Source of the DNA: Eledone cirrhosa
Lineage: Eukaryota
Assembly: GCA_964016885.1 (NCBI GenBank)
Contig: OZ024750.1
Span: forward strand, 20,956,001 to 21,020,000
Reading direction: 5' to 3'
Length of the DNA stretch: 64,000 nt
Shown here: one piece after another, positions 30,339 through 45,995 of the stretch
How positions within the stretch are numbered: position 1 is the stretch's first letter
How the letters are laid out: the number at the start of each line of letters is the position of its first letter
Notes under the pieces: model-generated
What the model was told of the DNA's origin: nothing
Databases searched by the model: none
Seen by the model: only the letters and a program-made list of their open reading frames with translations
Made by a program: the position numbers and the translations under genes

Positions 30339-32877
30339 ACTCACAGCAAGACAATAATAACATCAACAGCTACCTAACAATCCAGAAAAGTAGAGCACTA
30401 TCCCCACTAAACCAACACAGCAATGATAGTTAGAGAAACAACAGCACAACAAGGCCCACGTCTGCAGCAGCAAAATCTCTAAGATCAAAAGCAAACGTTC
30501 TCTTCTGCACTAAAAGGAATAGGAAAACGGAAATCCAACGCTTAACCGCACTGCAATCTTTAATCGACAGATTTATTAAATATCTAATGAGATTTAAAAT
30601 TTCTTTGAAGAACGGTTTAAATACTATCATAGGTTGAGGTTTATGTGAATAATTTGAATTCACGAATTATTCAGCTTTTCAGAAGGACCGCAAGTCAAGT
30701 AGAAAATGGCTTTCAAATCATACTTGTAATGGTCTAATCCGTTTCGTTTCATCTTATTCTATGCTGTTTGTTCTGGCCAACTAATGTACGTATGTATGTT
30801 TGTTTACACCGATGTAATTTCCAAAACCGGCAAATCATTAACATATTCTACATGTTGGCTTAGTAGGTTCTGGTTTAAGAAGAAAAGAAACGTTGAAATT
30901 GTATTTACCATCGAATAGAGAGTGTATTTATTTACTCATTTATTAACTAATATTATCAATATTATCATTTATTATTTATTTTGTGCATTTTATATCTGAT
31001 TAGGTATGTCATGACCTTAGAGATTTTAATAATTCTACCAAGATAAGGATAGTTATGTTCCTCGCCACCCTCGTTCTTCATGAGGCATACAGGTCAATGT
31101 TATATTAGAAATGAAAAGAATTGTCCGATATCAATTACTTTTCCCATAACATTTATTGACGAAATTAAAGTTTAATTTCATCAACAGAGAATAGAATCTA
31201 ACAGAATGCTTTTCGGTATATAGTTATGCCTTTCTACGCTTGGATTTATGTTTGAACCGAGGTCGAATTTCCTTTTATAACGTTATGGAATCGACGCAAG
31301 AAATACCTATTGTTGCTGATATGGTCCTTTTTGTTGTTGATGTGTTAAATGCACGTTGTTGCAAGTTCAACGGAAAACAAAGCATGATTAAATTTAGGCG
31401 GAAACAAGTAGCCTACTCGAATTATGTGAAACGAGACAGCTTAACTTAGCCTGATATGTATATATATCAATGCTTATACTAATTAGAACTATCACTTTCC
31501 AATCTGCAACCGGGAGATGATCTATCTATATTGTGTAGAGGAATACTGACGTAGAACATACAGGGCTGCGTATCTGGTATTCAGAACCGAAGACACATTA
31601 CAGAAACGAAGCTAACATTGTATGACCCACACTTGCGTTCATATATTTGCAACAATATTTAGGCCAACGTAACAAGCATGTAAATCCGTCGCATCGGCCA
31701 TGGTTTCATTCCCTATGTTTACTCTCACTTTGTCCTCCTTGTATTTATATGCAACCAGTGCAGATTGTACAGAGATTTTAACAAATACATTAACTATACC
31801 CCAGTTCTTTAGTATATATAAGATCTCAATCCTACCTCGAGTCGCTACTATATATAATATCTAGACAATAGATAATATCTCAACTACAACTAACAACTTC
31901 ACGACACCTCAGATCACGTCTCAACGTTAACGAGGATCTCGAGTAAAGCTAACATGATGATAATTCCTAAAAGCTAGACACTAAATAATAACTGAATATA
32001 TTTAATATCTTGATTATAGCTCAGATCTCTAAAATAGCTAATATCTTGTTTATTAATAATACCGTGAATACACGTCAAATCTATACTATAACTAAATTTT
32101 CGAATATATTAGAAATTACGACTATGCTTAAGATCTCTAATAGACATAAAAGCCCTACTGCCTATGCCTTTGTTGATAACTGTCGATATTGTCTATAAGT
32201 AAGAATTCAAATTTGTCTAAGATGCTGCTATACATTAGAATATACTTCAAATCTTCGTCATAACTAAAATCTCCTTTATAACTATCATCAAGACTTACCT
32301 AATAGAAGATAGTTGTCATCGTTTTAATAAAACAAAACATATCAGTTTCTTACCCTAAAAGATCTATAAATGAAAAACATAGATTTCTTTTTTCTTTTTT
32401 TTTTTTTGGTATTTCTTTCAGACATTAATTGATTCGTTTTGTTTTGTATATTTTATTTATTGCATCTACAGAAAGAATTCGGATGAATAATGTATTACTA
32501 ACGAGACAGCTTCGATCGCAGTCTGAAGCAATGGTTCTTTTGAAAAGCAACTTTACTATACTGAAGCAACGTTTATTGATCTTTTAGTTAATACTTCACT
32601 CATTTTATCTGGCTAAATAACTCACTGACTGAACATTTCTTTCTTAAATACAAATTATAAAGCGCAGGTCTTCATTTTCCTTTCCACAAATCTTCTTCTT
32701 CTTCTTCTTCTTCTTCTTCTTCTTCTTCTTCTTCTTCTTCTTCTCTTCTTCTTCTTCTTCTCTCCCCCCCCCCCTCCTCTTCCTAATTCTTCTTCTTCTC
32801 CTACTAGCCCCTCCTCCTCTTCTTCATTCTTCGTATTTTTCTTATCATTATTATTATCATCATTATTATTATTATTT

Positions 32878-32912
<35 letters not shown>

Positions 32913-33128
32913 TATTATTATTATCAGAGATTACTGTCATTATTTATGAGCTACTGGTTCTATTGAACGTCGTATCTGTTTAATTATCTGGAGTAATATA
33001 TGTCATAATTTATAGAAAAGATATTTAACATTAATCTACGCAGCAGAGGTTTTATATACTGACCATACACACACATACCCATACACACACGCACACACAC
33101 ACACATACACACACATACACACACATAC

Positions 33129-33159
<31 letters not shown>

Positions 33160-33160
33160 A

Positions 33161-33423
<263 letters not shown>

Positions 33424-33551
33424 TATATATATATATTTATATATATATATAAATATATATATTTATATATATATATTTATATATATATATTTATATATAT
33501 ATATAAATATATATATTTATATATATAAATTTATATATATATTTATATATA

Positions 33552-33594
<43 letters not shown>

Positions 33595-33957
33595 TTATAT
33601 ACTGAGACTACACACAATTTTGATGGCAATGTCCACCATAGCACTATCTGATATTTAGACTGGTGTCGACCTGGTGTCATTTTTTGGCAATTGTTAAAGG
33701 AATTGACAATTCTTTTCAACGCTGCTTCATTCTTCAATATTTCTATAACTTCATTCATCAGATCTATTCCGCCATTTTCTCAACATCTCAATATACTTAG
33801 TTTTTTTCTTATTCTTCTGAACTTTCCAGTTATTTCACTAAATTTCGGGTACTTATTTTCTCAAGTCTTGAATTTATTATAACAATCCTTTTTTTTGTCC
33901 AACAACATTTCGAGGCAAGTACACAAACACACTCAGGCATACACACTCACACATATT

Positions 33958-34045
<88 letters not shown>

Positions 34046-34108
34046 ATTATATATATATATATACAGATATATATATAGATATATTTATATATATATATTT
34101 ATATATAT

Positions 34109-34497
34109 GGAAAGTTATATTTAAAATTGTTGGGTTACAACTAGTAAATATTTATAACTGATATAAAAGCACTCGACAAATATTTGGAGTATATTTACAA
34201 TATTAAATAAATGGAAACTATATTTATAAAACCATATTTATTTCATTATATATATTTCGGGGATATCATATTAACAATATGCTATGCCTTCCTCAGACAA
34301 AATACAATATAAACAGTTTTATAGACAAATGCAAGTCGGTGTTGTTACGGTATGTCGAATCTATTTATCTATAAAACTGTTTATATTGTATTTTGTCTGA
34401 GGAAGGCATAGCATATTGTTAATATGATATCCCCGAAATATATATAATGAAATAAATATGGTTTTATAAATATAGTTTCCATTTATTTAATATTGTA
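34109..34497. mobile_element. Family A hammerhead element, second copy
   Basis: Same terminus (AAAGTT.TATTTAAAATTGTTGGGTTACAA) and arms 34196-34330 / 34363-34497, with a different spacer than the 10419 copy; in (TA)n. Confidence 0.88.
34389..34454 (+). ncRNA. Type I minimal hammerhead ribozyme (mirror copy at 34239-34304, minus strand)
   Basis: TATTTTGT-CTGAGGA-AGGCATAGCATATT(gtt)AATATGATATCCCC-GAAA-TATATATA-ATGAAATA. Confidence 0.8.
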
Positions 34498-34515
34498 TAT
34501 TTATATATATATATT

Positions 34516-34549
<34 letters not shown>

Positions 34550-36907
34550 TATATATATATATACACACACACATATATATATATATATATGTGTGTGTGT
34601 ATGTGTGTGTGTGTGTGTGTATGTCTGTCTGTCTGTATGTATGTGTATGTATGTGTGGTGATGTATGTCCAAATGTATACTGAAACCTGTTTGAGTATAC
34701 ATTTGAACGTTTTTTTTCGTGCATTCATTCAGCTGTATGAAGTAGATTGTATCACAATTCTCTAATAACCATGCTGAAATGTTTCATATATGTTATGTAC
34801 TCTCTATTGTACCATAAATTGTGTTTGGGTATAACAAACATATATTTAAACAAACTGTAATTCTTTAAAACTGTGATCATATAATCGCATCCGCGAAAAC
34901 TGAGATGATATCAGAGATTGTAATAAACCCAACGAGACAAAATGTAGAGGTTTTTGAGTAGAAATATTATATGTTTGCCCATGTACGTTTTTCTTTTGAA
35001 TCACACTATCTTACTGTTATCATTAATAACTATTAATCAGTCAATTTATATTGTGTTATATACTCACAAATAAAGAAATGTAGGTTTATATTACAGTATA
35101 AGTTTACATATATATTCTTTTATTCCAAACTATGCTGTATTCAGGTAAGGCTATATAATGCTAGCAGAGGTATATGTGATATGATTACATCAACACTAGA
35201 TGCATATATATATATACCCATATGTATATATATATACCCATATTGAATATGGGTTCATATAGGCCTTTATTCCGAACCATACTGTGTTAATTCTATCACT
35301 ATATATATATGTTTTCATTTCATGTCTTACTGCTGTCAAATTTTGCGTTATATTCAAATATGTTACTAACTATACCAGTAATTTACATTTTGCATTAAAT
35401 TACATTCCGTATACGACTATTATTATTTAATCAACTGCATTATACATACATACATACATACATAAATACATACATACATACATGCATACATACACATACA
35501 TACATAATTCCGTACATACAGTGCATATATAAATACATATGTGACTGCATACATGCACACATACATTCATATGCACATATATACAAAGAGAGAAACACCA
35601 ATACATCTCTAACTGTAACAAGATGTTGCCATCTGCGATATATCAATGCCACCAATTATATGCATATATGTAAAAATATCCTGCTTTTATTTCGCAGTTT
35701 AAGATCATATTTTAATACAGTTCACACACGTAGATCACTGGAGGTGTCTGTTTCTAAATTGATTATAAGACCTGTAGTTAAACAGCTGTTAACCAGCTTA
35801 GTTTTCTCACTATGCTAGTCTTCTATAAGACTACTTACAAGTATACAGACATTGATATTTCCAACTACGATTTAATAGTTGTTAGCTATGCTCTCTTTAA
35901 TTGCAGGTTTATACAATATAGCTGATATATTTCAAATTGATGCAATTTATTATCATTCCTTACCGGTGAAACGTAATATAGTCTTATCTGAATGATAACT
36001 GTTATCGATTTCTTACAACTTAATATAAAATCTCTGTAAAACCTGAAGGAATAATGTAGAAGTAGACGTGACATGGATTCGTTTCCCAAAAGATTAATGA
36101 TACCACTTAGTGAGGCCAATGAACACAGTATCCTCATCAGCCCCCAACTATCTTGTACGGTGATAACAACCATCGTATGAAAATGCCTTGATATAATCTT
36201 TTATTTTTTAATTGGTGTCTGTCATTAGGATACGTGTATACTGGGGGCCCACCATAATTTAGCCGACCGTATCGTCTCCAATAAATATCTCTTCAAAATA
36301 GGGACTTCACTTATCAAAATTGTCTTTTTCGAACCACAAGGTTGCTAAGCGATATCTTTAAGTACACCTATGCTTAAATATTGATATTACAGTAGTTATT
36401 TAATTGTTGCTCAGTCAATAAAATCTACGTACGATCCTTTCAGAAACATGATAAACATTCCTTATGGTCAAAGAATTTCATGAAATCACCTCCTGCTTGC
36501 TTTAAAGAGGAATTAGCACACCGTGTAATGCATTGATCTATGACGGTTGTGGACACAACATAGCTGAGTATCAAGGAATTTCTTTCCTCAATTATAAAAG
36601 CCGAACCTATAATATCGTAATAGAAAATCTCTGTTCAGCATTGAAGTAAGTATATAGAGTCGCAGGGTGTGTTTTTCCTGAACTATTAAAACTGTTAGTT
36701 CAGTGAAGTAATAATTTGAACAGGCTTCCAAAGAGTGCAACTCGTATCAAATTGCTATTCAAATTCATATAAAATGCTTTAATATATATATAAACTACAG
36801 CGAGACACTAAAACGGGAGAATGTCAGGGGATAGATGGTGGTGTCAGAATTCAATCTACATGGCAACCTATTTCTACCGTACATACACACATACACAATA
36901 CACACAT

Positions 36908-36947
<40 letters not shown>

Positions 36948-39189
36948 GCGTGTGTATGCGTGTGAGTGCGTATTCGTGTGTGTTTATGTGTGAGTCCGCA
37001 CCTTTTTGTCTGTGTGTACATGTGCGAGTGTGCTGTCTTGGTACTTCTTACGAAGAGAGTGAGAGAGAAGAGTTTTAAACTAATACTTAGTATCCCTTAA
37101 TAATTTAACCCTCACAGAAAATCACAAGTTGATCGCCAATTCAGAGTTAAATGTAAACTTATATTTTTGATCCAACTTTAGTTTTACCATCAATGAGAAT
37201 TACTGAACAAATATGATTACATTTTATGAAATATGAATTTCGTGTCATCCTTTTCTTTCTCCTTAATTCGAATTTTTGTTTTTCCATATAATCTCCCAGT
37301 TTTCAAACGTTTGGGCGGAGGACAGAGCATATAATGTCTTCCTGTATCGATACGTGACAACCTATAAACCTCTGTACAAGAAGTCGGATAGTCGTAGGAC
37401 TAACTCTGAGCTACTATATTTATTCATATTTACCTGTGTGAAGTAGAGTAACTTAAAATGAATCCTCTTCCTCAAGAACGCACAAGCCTATGGTAATCAT
37501 ACTAGTACAGGGATAGAACATACATTGTTATAATCGTGAGCTCAATATCTTTCACTAATATATAATGAATACATTGACCAAAGTTGAACACTCTACGTCA
37601 ATTGATATCATAAGTCTTTTCTGATCAAACATCAAATGTTAACAATGAAGCCAGTCATAGAATATACATGAGTAGTTTTAAACCGTTTTAAGGTTCAAAG
37701 TATAGATTATAATCGTTAACATGATTATAAGGTTATAGTGCTTATGTTATAGCTATAATTATATTGATCGATTTGGATATTTTATTACCAACAGCTTACA
37801 TATTAGCAAAGACATTACTACACAACAAGGCCACCATAACTTTTAACATAGGCAATGGATATCTATTTACATTAAAGTCAGCTTTCATTTCTAATTATCT
37901 ATTAAATGTTTACTGTGGATAGTTACGTTACCGTAGGCAGTACTGGAATCTCTCTAGTTGCAGTGTTGAAACTACTACCCCATTGTCCTTTATCTCATTT
38001 AAACACATGAGTGGAGAAACACAATGATTTATGAAGGCCTAGCAATTTGACATTTCACTGCTGATTCATAATCACTAAATGTTAAAAACAGCTGCCTAAT
38101 GTTTATTTCAGAGATCCGTACAGAGAATGGTATATCACGTATTAAAGAGATTTCATATCAGGAGAAATGACGTGAATGTTAGTATCTTGCCTAGTTAGGA
38201 AATCTTCATAATAGGTTATAATAAATAAGAAATGTATGCATAGGATAAAATGAATAACGAAAAGTGATAAGCTTCCAACAGTCAGAATTCACCTGCTATA
38301 TATAGAAAATAACTTACAATTTAATATGAAAAAGAAAATGTAGTATTTCTTAAGAGAAGCTGCTTTGATTTGTTGAAAGTATCATTGACAATAGCTTCAT
38401 TATATGAAATCTAATACAAATAAATTATTTATATGAATGACGTAGTAAGAGCATTCTTTCTTTTCTAATCTTATTTATTGTTGTTTAAAAAAATGATTTT
38501 TTGCCCAACATCTCATCAATGATGCAAAGGTCAGTTAAACCTGTTACATTATGCGAGCTAATGTTGAATATAAATAATTAATATGATTTCATGTTATCAT
38601 TTGCAATGATAAACATTGAAAACAATGATAGAAAACAAATACAAATTCTCGAGTTATTTTCAAGCCCTAAACATCTGTAATGTATGCTCATACATGTTAT
38701 ATTCTATACATTCTGTCCAGCAGTTTCCATTTCAATTCAAGGGATTGGATTTTTTTTTTATCATAAAAGATTTTTCGGAAAACAAATGTTTCATCTTCCT
38801 AAGTATCATTACAATTTACACAGGGAGGTAATATCAGTGGGCATGATAATTGTTAGCGTTTCTGAGAGGTGTACTTCTACAAAAGAGAACAAGGGTATGG
38901 ACACAAATTCCATGTGAAGCAGGTAAACCGAGCGATGAATTAATTCTGGCAGCCAAGTAGGCTACAAAATAATTTGAACAGAGAGTACAGAAGCATCTCA
39001 ACCAATGCTTTAACAATTCTGGTAATCCAGTGCTGTTACAAAAGAAGTTTTTTTATTGACCGCAGACAGATACAAAAGCCACGACTATTTGGGTCGCTGT
39101 TGAAATCCGAAGACAGATAGCTGGAAACAAATTCCCAAACCCATTATTTGTTATGCTCTAACGACACAACTAAGAGTGCATTATTCATA

Positions 39190-39553
39190 GAGAGTCGGAC
39201 GCCATGCTTTCCAGCATACTTACGTCCCTTTACGGTCTGAGTTCAAATCCCGTCGAGGTTAACTTTGCCTTTCATCCTTACGGGGTCGATAAAAATTAAA
39301 GTACCAGTAATGTACTGGTTAATTGCTGGCCTTGTGCCAAAAGTAGAAACAATTATTCATAATAGAGGGTGGTGAATTGGCAGTACCGGTAGAGGGTTGG
39401 ACATAGAGGGTTTCCACCATAGTTACGTCCCACTACGATCTGAATTCAAATCCCGCCGAGGTTAACTTTGCCATTCATCCTTACGGGGTCGATAACATAA
39501 AGTACCAGTAATGCACTGCGTCGTGCTGGCCTTGTTCCAAAAGTAGAAACAAT
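39190..39553 (+). mobile_element. Two tandem tRNA/Nin-domain SINEs
   Basis: GAGTTCAAATCCCG B box and GCCTTTCATCCTTACGGGGTCGATAA, each twice. Confidence 0.9.
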
Positions 39554-39732
39554 TATTTATAATAGAGACATATATGAAAGCATATACCATATGTTTATGT
39601 ATAATAAACATATGGCAGAATTTTTTACTTGTATAATGAGTTTTAACCTGATCCTAAATAAAATACCTGCACAAGTCTTTATCTGTATCTATTATAGATA
39701 AACATATTGCATATGCTTTAAAATACATAAAA

Positions 39733-40113
39733 TAATTGTTTCTATTTTTGGCACAAGGCCAGAAATTATCCCAGTGCATTACAGGTACTTTATTTTATCG
39801 ACCCCGTAAAGATGAAAGGCACAGTTAACCTCGGTGGGATATGAACTTAGACCGTGATGGGCCGTAACTCTATGCTGCAAAACATGGTGCCCTGCCCTTC
39901 ACTGATACTGCCAATCCACCACATACAATAATTGTTTCTACTTTTGGCACAATGCCAGCAGTTACCCAGTACATTACTGGTACTTTATTTTATCCACCCG
40001 TACGGATGAAAGGCAAAGTTAACCTCGGCGGGATTTGAACTATGAATGGCAAGAACCGTAACTCTATGCGTCAAAGCATGGCGTCCGACACTCTACCGAT
40101 ACTGCCAATCCAC
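39733..40113 (-). mobile_element. Two tandem tRNA/Nin-domain SINEs
   Basis: Same consensus, inverted relative to 39190-39553. Confidence 0.9.
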
Positions 40114-40591
40114 CATAATGAACACAATATAGAACGGAACACTAATCAGTTGAACATTGTATACTTGTGCAAGATATAATTGAAAACTGCATTGCAAAGC
40201 ATTACAGAGATGACCAATAAGTAGATGAACACTATATAGATGACTATTAAACCACTGAATACTAAATACTTAAAAGCTATAGGGCAAAACCATACATAGT
40301 TGAACTTATATATGTATAGAGATAAGTAATATAAAATTTTTCAATAAATAGTGGAAGATTTGATGTAAAAAGGTAGATTATATAAAATGTTCGTAGATCG
40401 ACCATTAGGTCCCGGGTCCCTTCCCACATCTTAGTATTTCGAGCAAATGTTGTTTGCTATACCTCAGGTATTTTGTCAGTGCAATTTCGTAGCCTGAGAG
40501 AGGTTGGAGGCCGCGTTTGCGAGAAAAGTTTTAAAAGTTAAATATAACTCCGCCATTCACATTTCTGAGCTTTTGTACATGTATGCGTGTA

Positions 40592-40749
40592 CGGGTAAAC
40601 TTCCGTTATAACGAAAACCATTATAATGGATTATCCAGTATAACGAACTGTTTTCAATCCCCGGCTAGAAGCTCAAAGAGTTAGGCCGATCTCGTTACAA
40701 CAAACTTTATTTTATACCCCGTGAATTTCGTTATAACGGAATTTTACTG
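40592..40749. mobile_element. Pogo/Tigger-like MITE
   Basis: TIR C.GGTAAACTTCCGTTATAACGAA / TTCGTTATAACGGAATTTTACTG, preceded by TA. Confidence 0.7.
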
Positions 40750-41136
40750 AGTATAAATGTGCCATGTTATGAGTGTAATTAAGATTTAGAATATTATAAA
40801 TATTTTATCATTTTTAACTGCCTTTGAATATTTTGCAATTTGGATTTATTTTTTGTATATTAAATAACAGTGCACGTTAGATTAATCGGAATTACAATGA
40901 GAAGGAACGAAACAAAAATTTGCAGATCACAACTATGTAGATTTTGCTAGCCTCATAGGCGCTTCTTCGGAGGTTGTAATTCTATTATGGGAACTAACGA
41001 AATATGCAACGTCTTTCTCAGGAATAGAGCACACCATCTGTGCAATTATCATAATTGCAAAAATCTAACCACTGTGTGCAAATTCAGATACATACTGTAG
41101 TATTATATTTCATGTTATATTCCTGTGTGCTACTGC

Positions 41137-41193
<57 letters not shown>

Positions 41194-41205
41194 ATATATA
41201 TATAT

Positions 41206-41303
<98 letters not shown>

Positions 41304-41315
41304 ATATATATATAT

Positions 41316-41410
<95 letters not shown>

Positions 41411-41441
41411 AATATATATATATATGTATATATATATATAC

Positions 41442-41499
<58 letters not shown>

Positions 41500-41508
41500 G
41501 TATATATG

Positions 41509-41710
<202 letters not shown>

Positions 41711-43721
41711 TATAAGAGTATATATATATATATAAGAGTGACAGAAAAAGTGAGAATGAGCCAGTGAGAGAGAGAGAAAGAAAAAAGAAAGAGAGATAAT
41801 CTCTAATGCATAGCTAATTCAAATACGCACGATTGTCGAAATCAAATTTACCTCAAAATAATTCAGAGTGTAATCTATTTGGTTGACAATGGTTTCATAA
41901 ATAATTGTGTATCTCTGCACCGAAAAGCTCCATTTTGTATATACCATAATAAATAAGCAAGCGATTAATGACGTTAACAAAACATATTGATATCAATAGC
42001 ATCAAAATATCTTTATTGACGTTTTGGTATTTAATTTACCAATATATTTAACATTATTACGAAACAAAATCGAACTAGAGCAGGAATTGAAAGCGTATAT
42101 GGTTCCGTAATGCGTCAGTAATTCGCGAATAATGCAATTAAACACGATCGATTAAGCGTTGTATGCACATCCGCGCGGAAACCCACAAACATACAGATAC
42201 ACACAAATACACACAAATACACACACATGTATAAATATATATATATGTATTTATATATAATAATGCATATTAGTGTGTGTGTTTTCGGAATGAGGTGCGA
42301 AAAATCCAACTCCGTAATGACTAATAAATATCAACAACACTTTTTTTATTAACCAGATGCTGCGGAGATCGGAGAAACAAATAATAGTTGCGACATATTT
42401 TCAAACACAGCAGAAGCTATTTTTTCCGTCATACCTCCATTGTGACGTGAGGTTATTGAGTACTAACGTACAACTTTAATATCGAGTTTTCCGTGACGAT
42501 TTATATTGCACATTTAATTTTCTGTTTTATAACAGAGGGAATTGGATAGAAACTATAAAATATATATAAATTTAGAGAAAAATATCAAAAAATTATTCAT
42601 TTCTCTGCTATAATCACACAAATTTCAAAGTCCCTAACGTCCATATAGTACACTCATATTATCTTATTTTTACTGTTTGTAATATTTTCAATGTTATATA
42701 CATTCCTTCCAAATTGCATACAACTGAAATGTTTATAATTGTGTGCCCTTTTATATTATTTAATGAGAAACAAATTAGTACTTCGTTTTTCCTATGATAT
42801 TCAATAAGTTACTTCCTCTATTTCATTCATCTGGTTTCAAATATAATTCCCTATCTAATTAAATTCTTCTATTTCCCTGTACTCATTGATAAATCACCTC
42901 ACAACACAGCTGTTGTCCTAATCTTTATCTTACCATATTTCCTCTACTCTCAATACTGCCATTCCTAAAATAGTCCGTGAGGCATTCTGGAGTCAGAGGA
43001 GGTAAGGAAATACACACTTTGACATGGTGATTAAAAACGGCCACGACCGCGATCAAAAAGCTAATAAATATGAAACAAAAGGAAACAAATCTGTTGAAGC
43101 CACCAAAGCACGCATATTCGCCTGCTTTTGTGCATTGAGAGCATGCGTAAAGATCAAAAATGTAATTTTCATAATATACATACGAATAATTTCTAGCACA
43201 CGCATAGCCAGAAAGATAATACTATTTGTAATAATACATTTAATTTGATACAGGGTCATCACATGAAAGATATATATTATAATTGCAAGTTTAAACAAGG
43301 CGATGGTGTTTTAGGTTTATATGAGAAACAACTATATAACAATATTACTTAGTATACAATGTAGGTATATGTAGCATAAAATGAAATGATGTATTCCGTC
43401 GTCCCATTACAGTCACATGCGTTTTTAAGGCTAATTGATAAACCCCATAAACCCACAATCATCCTGATCCCAAATATCGTTGTCGGATCTACTGACGCAT
43501 GCTAAAAGTAGCTATATTGAATATTGCTATTTTCGCTATTTTCATCTATCATCATACATATATAGATTTACCACAGGGATTCTATGTTATTAAAGCAAAA
43601 AAGGTTTCGTTCATGTGTCACAAGGAGGCTCAATACATGAGACGACACTATAATGAAATATAATTCTACGGTTCATACTGAGTAAAGAGAGGGGATATCT
43701 ACAAATGGGAAATAGTTGATA

Positions 43722-43906
43722 TAATTGTTTCTACTTTAGGCACAAGGCCAGCAATTACCCAGTGCATTACTGGTACTTTATTTTATCGACCCCGTAAGGA
43801 TGAAAGGCAAAGTCAACCTCGGCGGGAGTTGAACTCAGATCGTAAAGGGACGTAACTATGCTGGAAAGCATGGCGTCCGACCCTCCACCGATACTGCCAA
43901 TCCACC
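43722..43906 (-). mobile_element. tRNA/Nin-domain SINE, full length, with probable target-site duplication
   Basis: Consensus match; AGTTGATATAAT occurs on both flanks. Confidence 0.93.
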
Positions 43907-44939
43907 GAGTTGATATAATGGTAGACAATAGTATCAATAACAACAACAAAAATTAATAATAAGAAGAATATTAATAAAACTGTGACGACATTAGTGGTGG
44001 TGATGATGGCAAAGATCTGCTTGCTACCCTACTAATTCTTTTGCATAAAAACAATAGATCCATCATTTCTGATCACCAAAACGTCTGCAAAATCCTATCC
44101 GTAGGCCTTTCTATTATGTAAATATATCAGTCTTACACACTATATATCATAATTCTTTTGAAAATGACTTCCTTGCCAGGCAGCTTTTACTCACATCTTT
44201 TTTTTTTCTTCTCAACATTCACTCAATACAACTATTAGAGATTTCTTACTATGTCATTCACACACTATTGTGTATAGACAGTAGAACATTGTATATTTTT
44301 CTAAACACAAACGTAATTTCTATTCAGCATTCCAAATGAAATTTCTGCTTTGCTATTGTGTAGTTGTCTTGAGGCTGCAACTATTTTCTTGACACAAATT
44401 TTCACACAAGGAACAGACGTAATCTATCAAGATCGAAAACACAAAAAAACATAAACGGACCTAAGGGAGTAAATTCTCGTCGTGATCAAATAATGGAAGG
44501 AGGATATGTTTGAAAATATACATGCATACCTATAGCACACATGTAAATATATATACGCTTATATGTATACTCAGGACGTTATATGAATGTATATAGCAAC
44601 ACGCATGTATGTACAAATATACACATGTAAATATGCAGGGACAAGCATACATACATACAAACATGTCTGCGCAAAATACATTCTCCCAATCACAAATATG
44701 TATAAACACAAATATGAACACACATGATGGGTTTGATAATGTGAATGAAATAAAGATTTCTTTGATTCTAAATGTATTCGAGTATGAAATATAAACATGC
44801 GCAACTTCCTTTCTTCTTTATATGGCATTGTCCCCGCCATATTGAAATCTAGTTTCAGAAATCTGGATTATATTGGGAAAATGTCTAATTCGGAACATAT
44901 TTATGCTTGTATATACCCAGTTGTCTGGTCATAACCATA

Positions 44940-45350
44940 TTCGTGTATGCTTCAGAGTCTTGGGCAATAACAGTGGTTCTGGAGAGAAGAATACAGGCTA
45001 TGAAGAGGAGATGTTTCAGACAGCTCCTTGTACCCCGTGCAGAGACCGCACCTCCAATGAGGAGGTGCTAAAAGGAATTTGGAAAGATATTGGGCCCTAC
45101 AAAGACCGGTTGGCCATTGAGAAAAAACGCAAATTGAGATGGTACAGGCACGTGAATAGTACAAGAAGGAAGAAAGAGAAGCAGACAGAAAACGAGATGA
45201 GAGGACAACATCCCGGAATGGACAAGCATGAAACTGCGTGCAACCATGAGGAAGGCGCAGAGGTGAGCGGAATGGAAGGAGCTGGTAAACAGGTCATCTG
45301 TGGCGCCCCAACGGTCCACCAGACTACGGGACTGATAAGAAGATAAGAAG
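44940..45350 (+). mobile_element. RTE-clade LINE 3' fragment
   Basis: RDRTSNEEV...IGPYKD.LAI.KKRKLRWYRHV and terminal GTGGCGCCCCAACGGTCCACCAGACTACGGGA followed by a short (TAAGAA) tail. Confidence 0.85.
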
Positions 45351-45859
45351 AATATATGTCCCGCAAAATGTATGCATATATATGTGAGCGTGCGTATACT
45401 TAAGTGTGTAAATATCGTCACGTATGCATTTATATACACATGTATATTCCTACGTGTATACCTTTGTGCACTTGAGCATATTCATATGCAGGATATGTGC
45501 AGGTCGGGAAATACAAGTTTCACGCCGACGTTTTCATTACAGGAACTGGTGCAATAATGAGTTGATTTCAAGAAAGTGTAAACGACAAACTAACTATGTT
45601 GAATTTATTATTCGAAACGAATTTTAGATCTGCCATGAATCTGGGAATGATAAAGTAAGACCTCTAATGCAAGCAGTTGGCATGGCCTTCTCAAATGTTA
45701 GTTCCAGTGACTGTACGTTTGTTTCTGGAAATGTTTAAGCGTTTCAGAAAAACATACCGCTGACATTTTAAGCGACGCTCTAGATATTATTTCTATATAT
45801 TGTCTTATGCTACCGTTTACATCCCTATTTCTTGGAAACAACTTCTAGTATATTTACGC

Positions 45860-45995
45860 GCTTGATACTGCAGTCATTCCTTTTATTACAAAGGGTAATA
45901 TGACGAGTAAGATGAGCTACAATGGTGCTTGATACTTCACTGACATTCATTTTATTACAATCGGGTAATATGACGCGTAAGAGAGCTACAGCGAT
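45860..45995. repeat. Diverged ~68 bp tandem duplication
   Basis: GCTTGATACT...TTTTATTACAA..GGGTAATATGACG.GTAAGA.GAGCTACA occurs twice. Confidence 0.85.

Noticed and set aside
30780-30910. Helentron/DINE-like remnant (also 40410-40585)
   Set aside because: Resemblance too weak to define termini.
45543-45654. Possible exon (TTTTCATTACAG acceptor, GTAAGA donor)
   Set aside because: Stops in all three frames and no other supporting exons.
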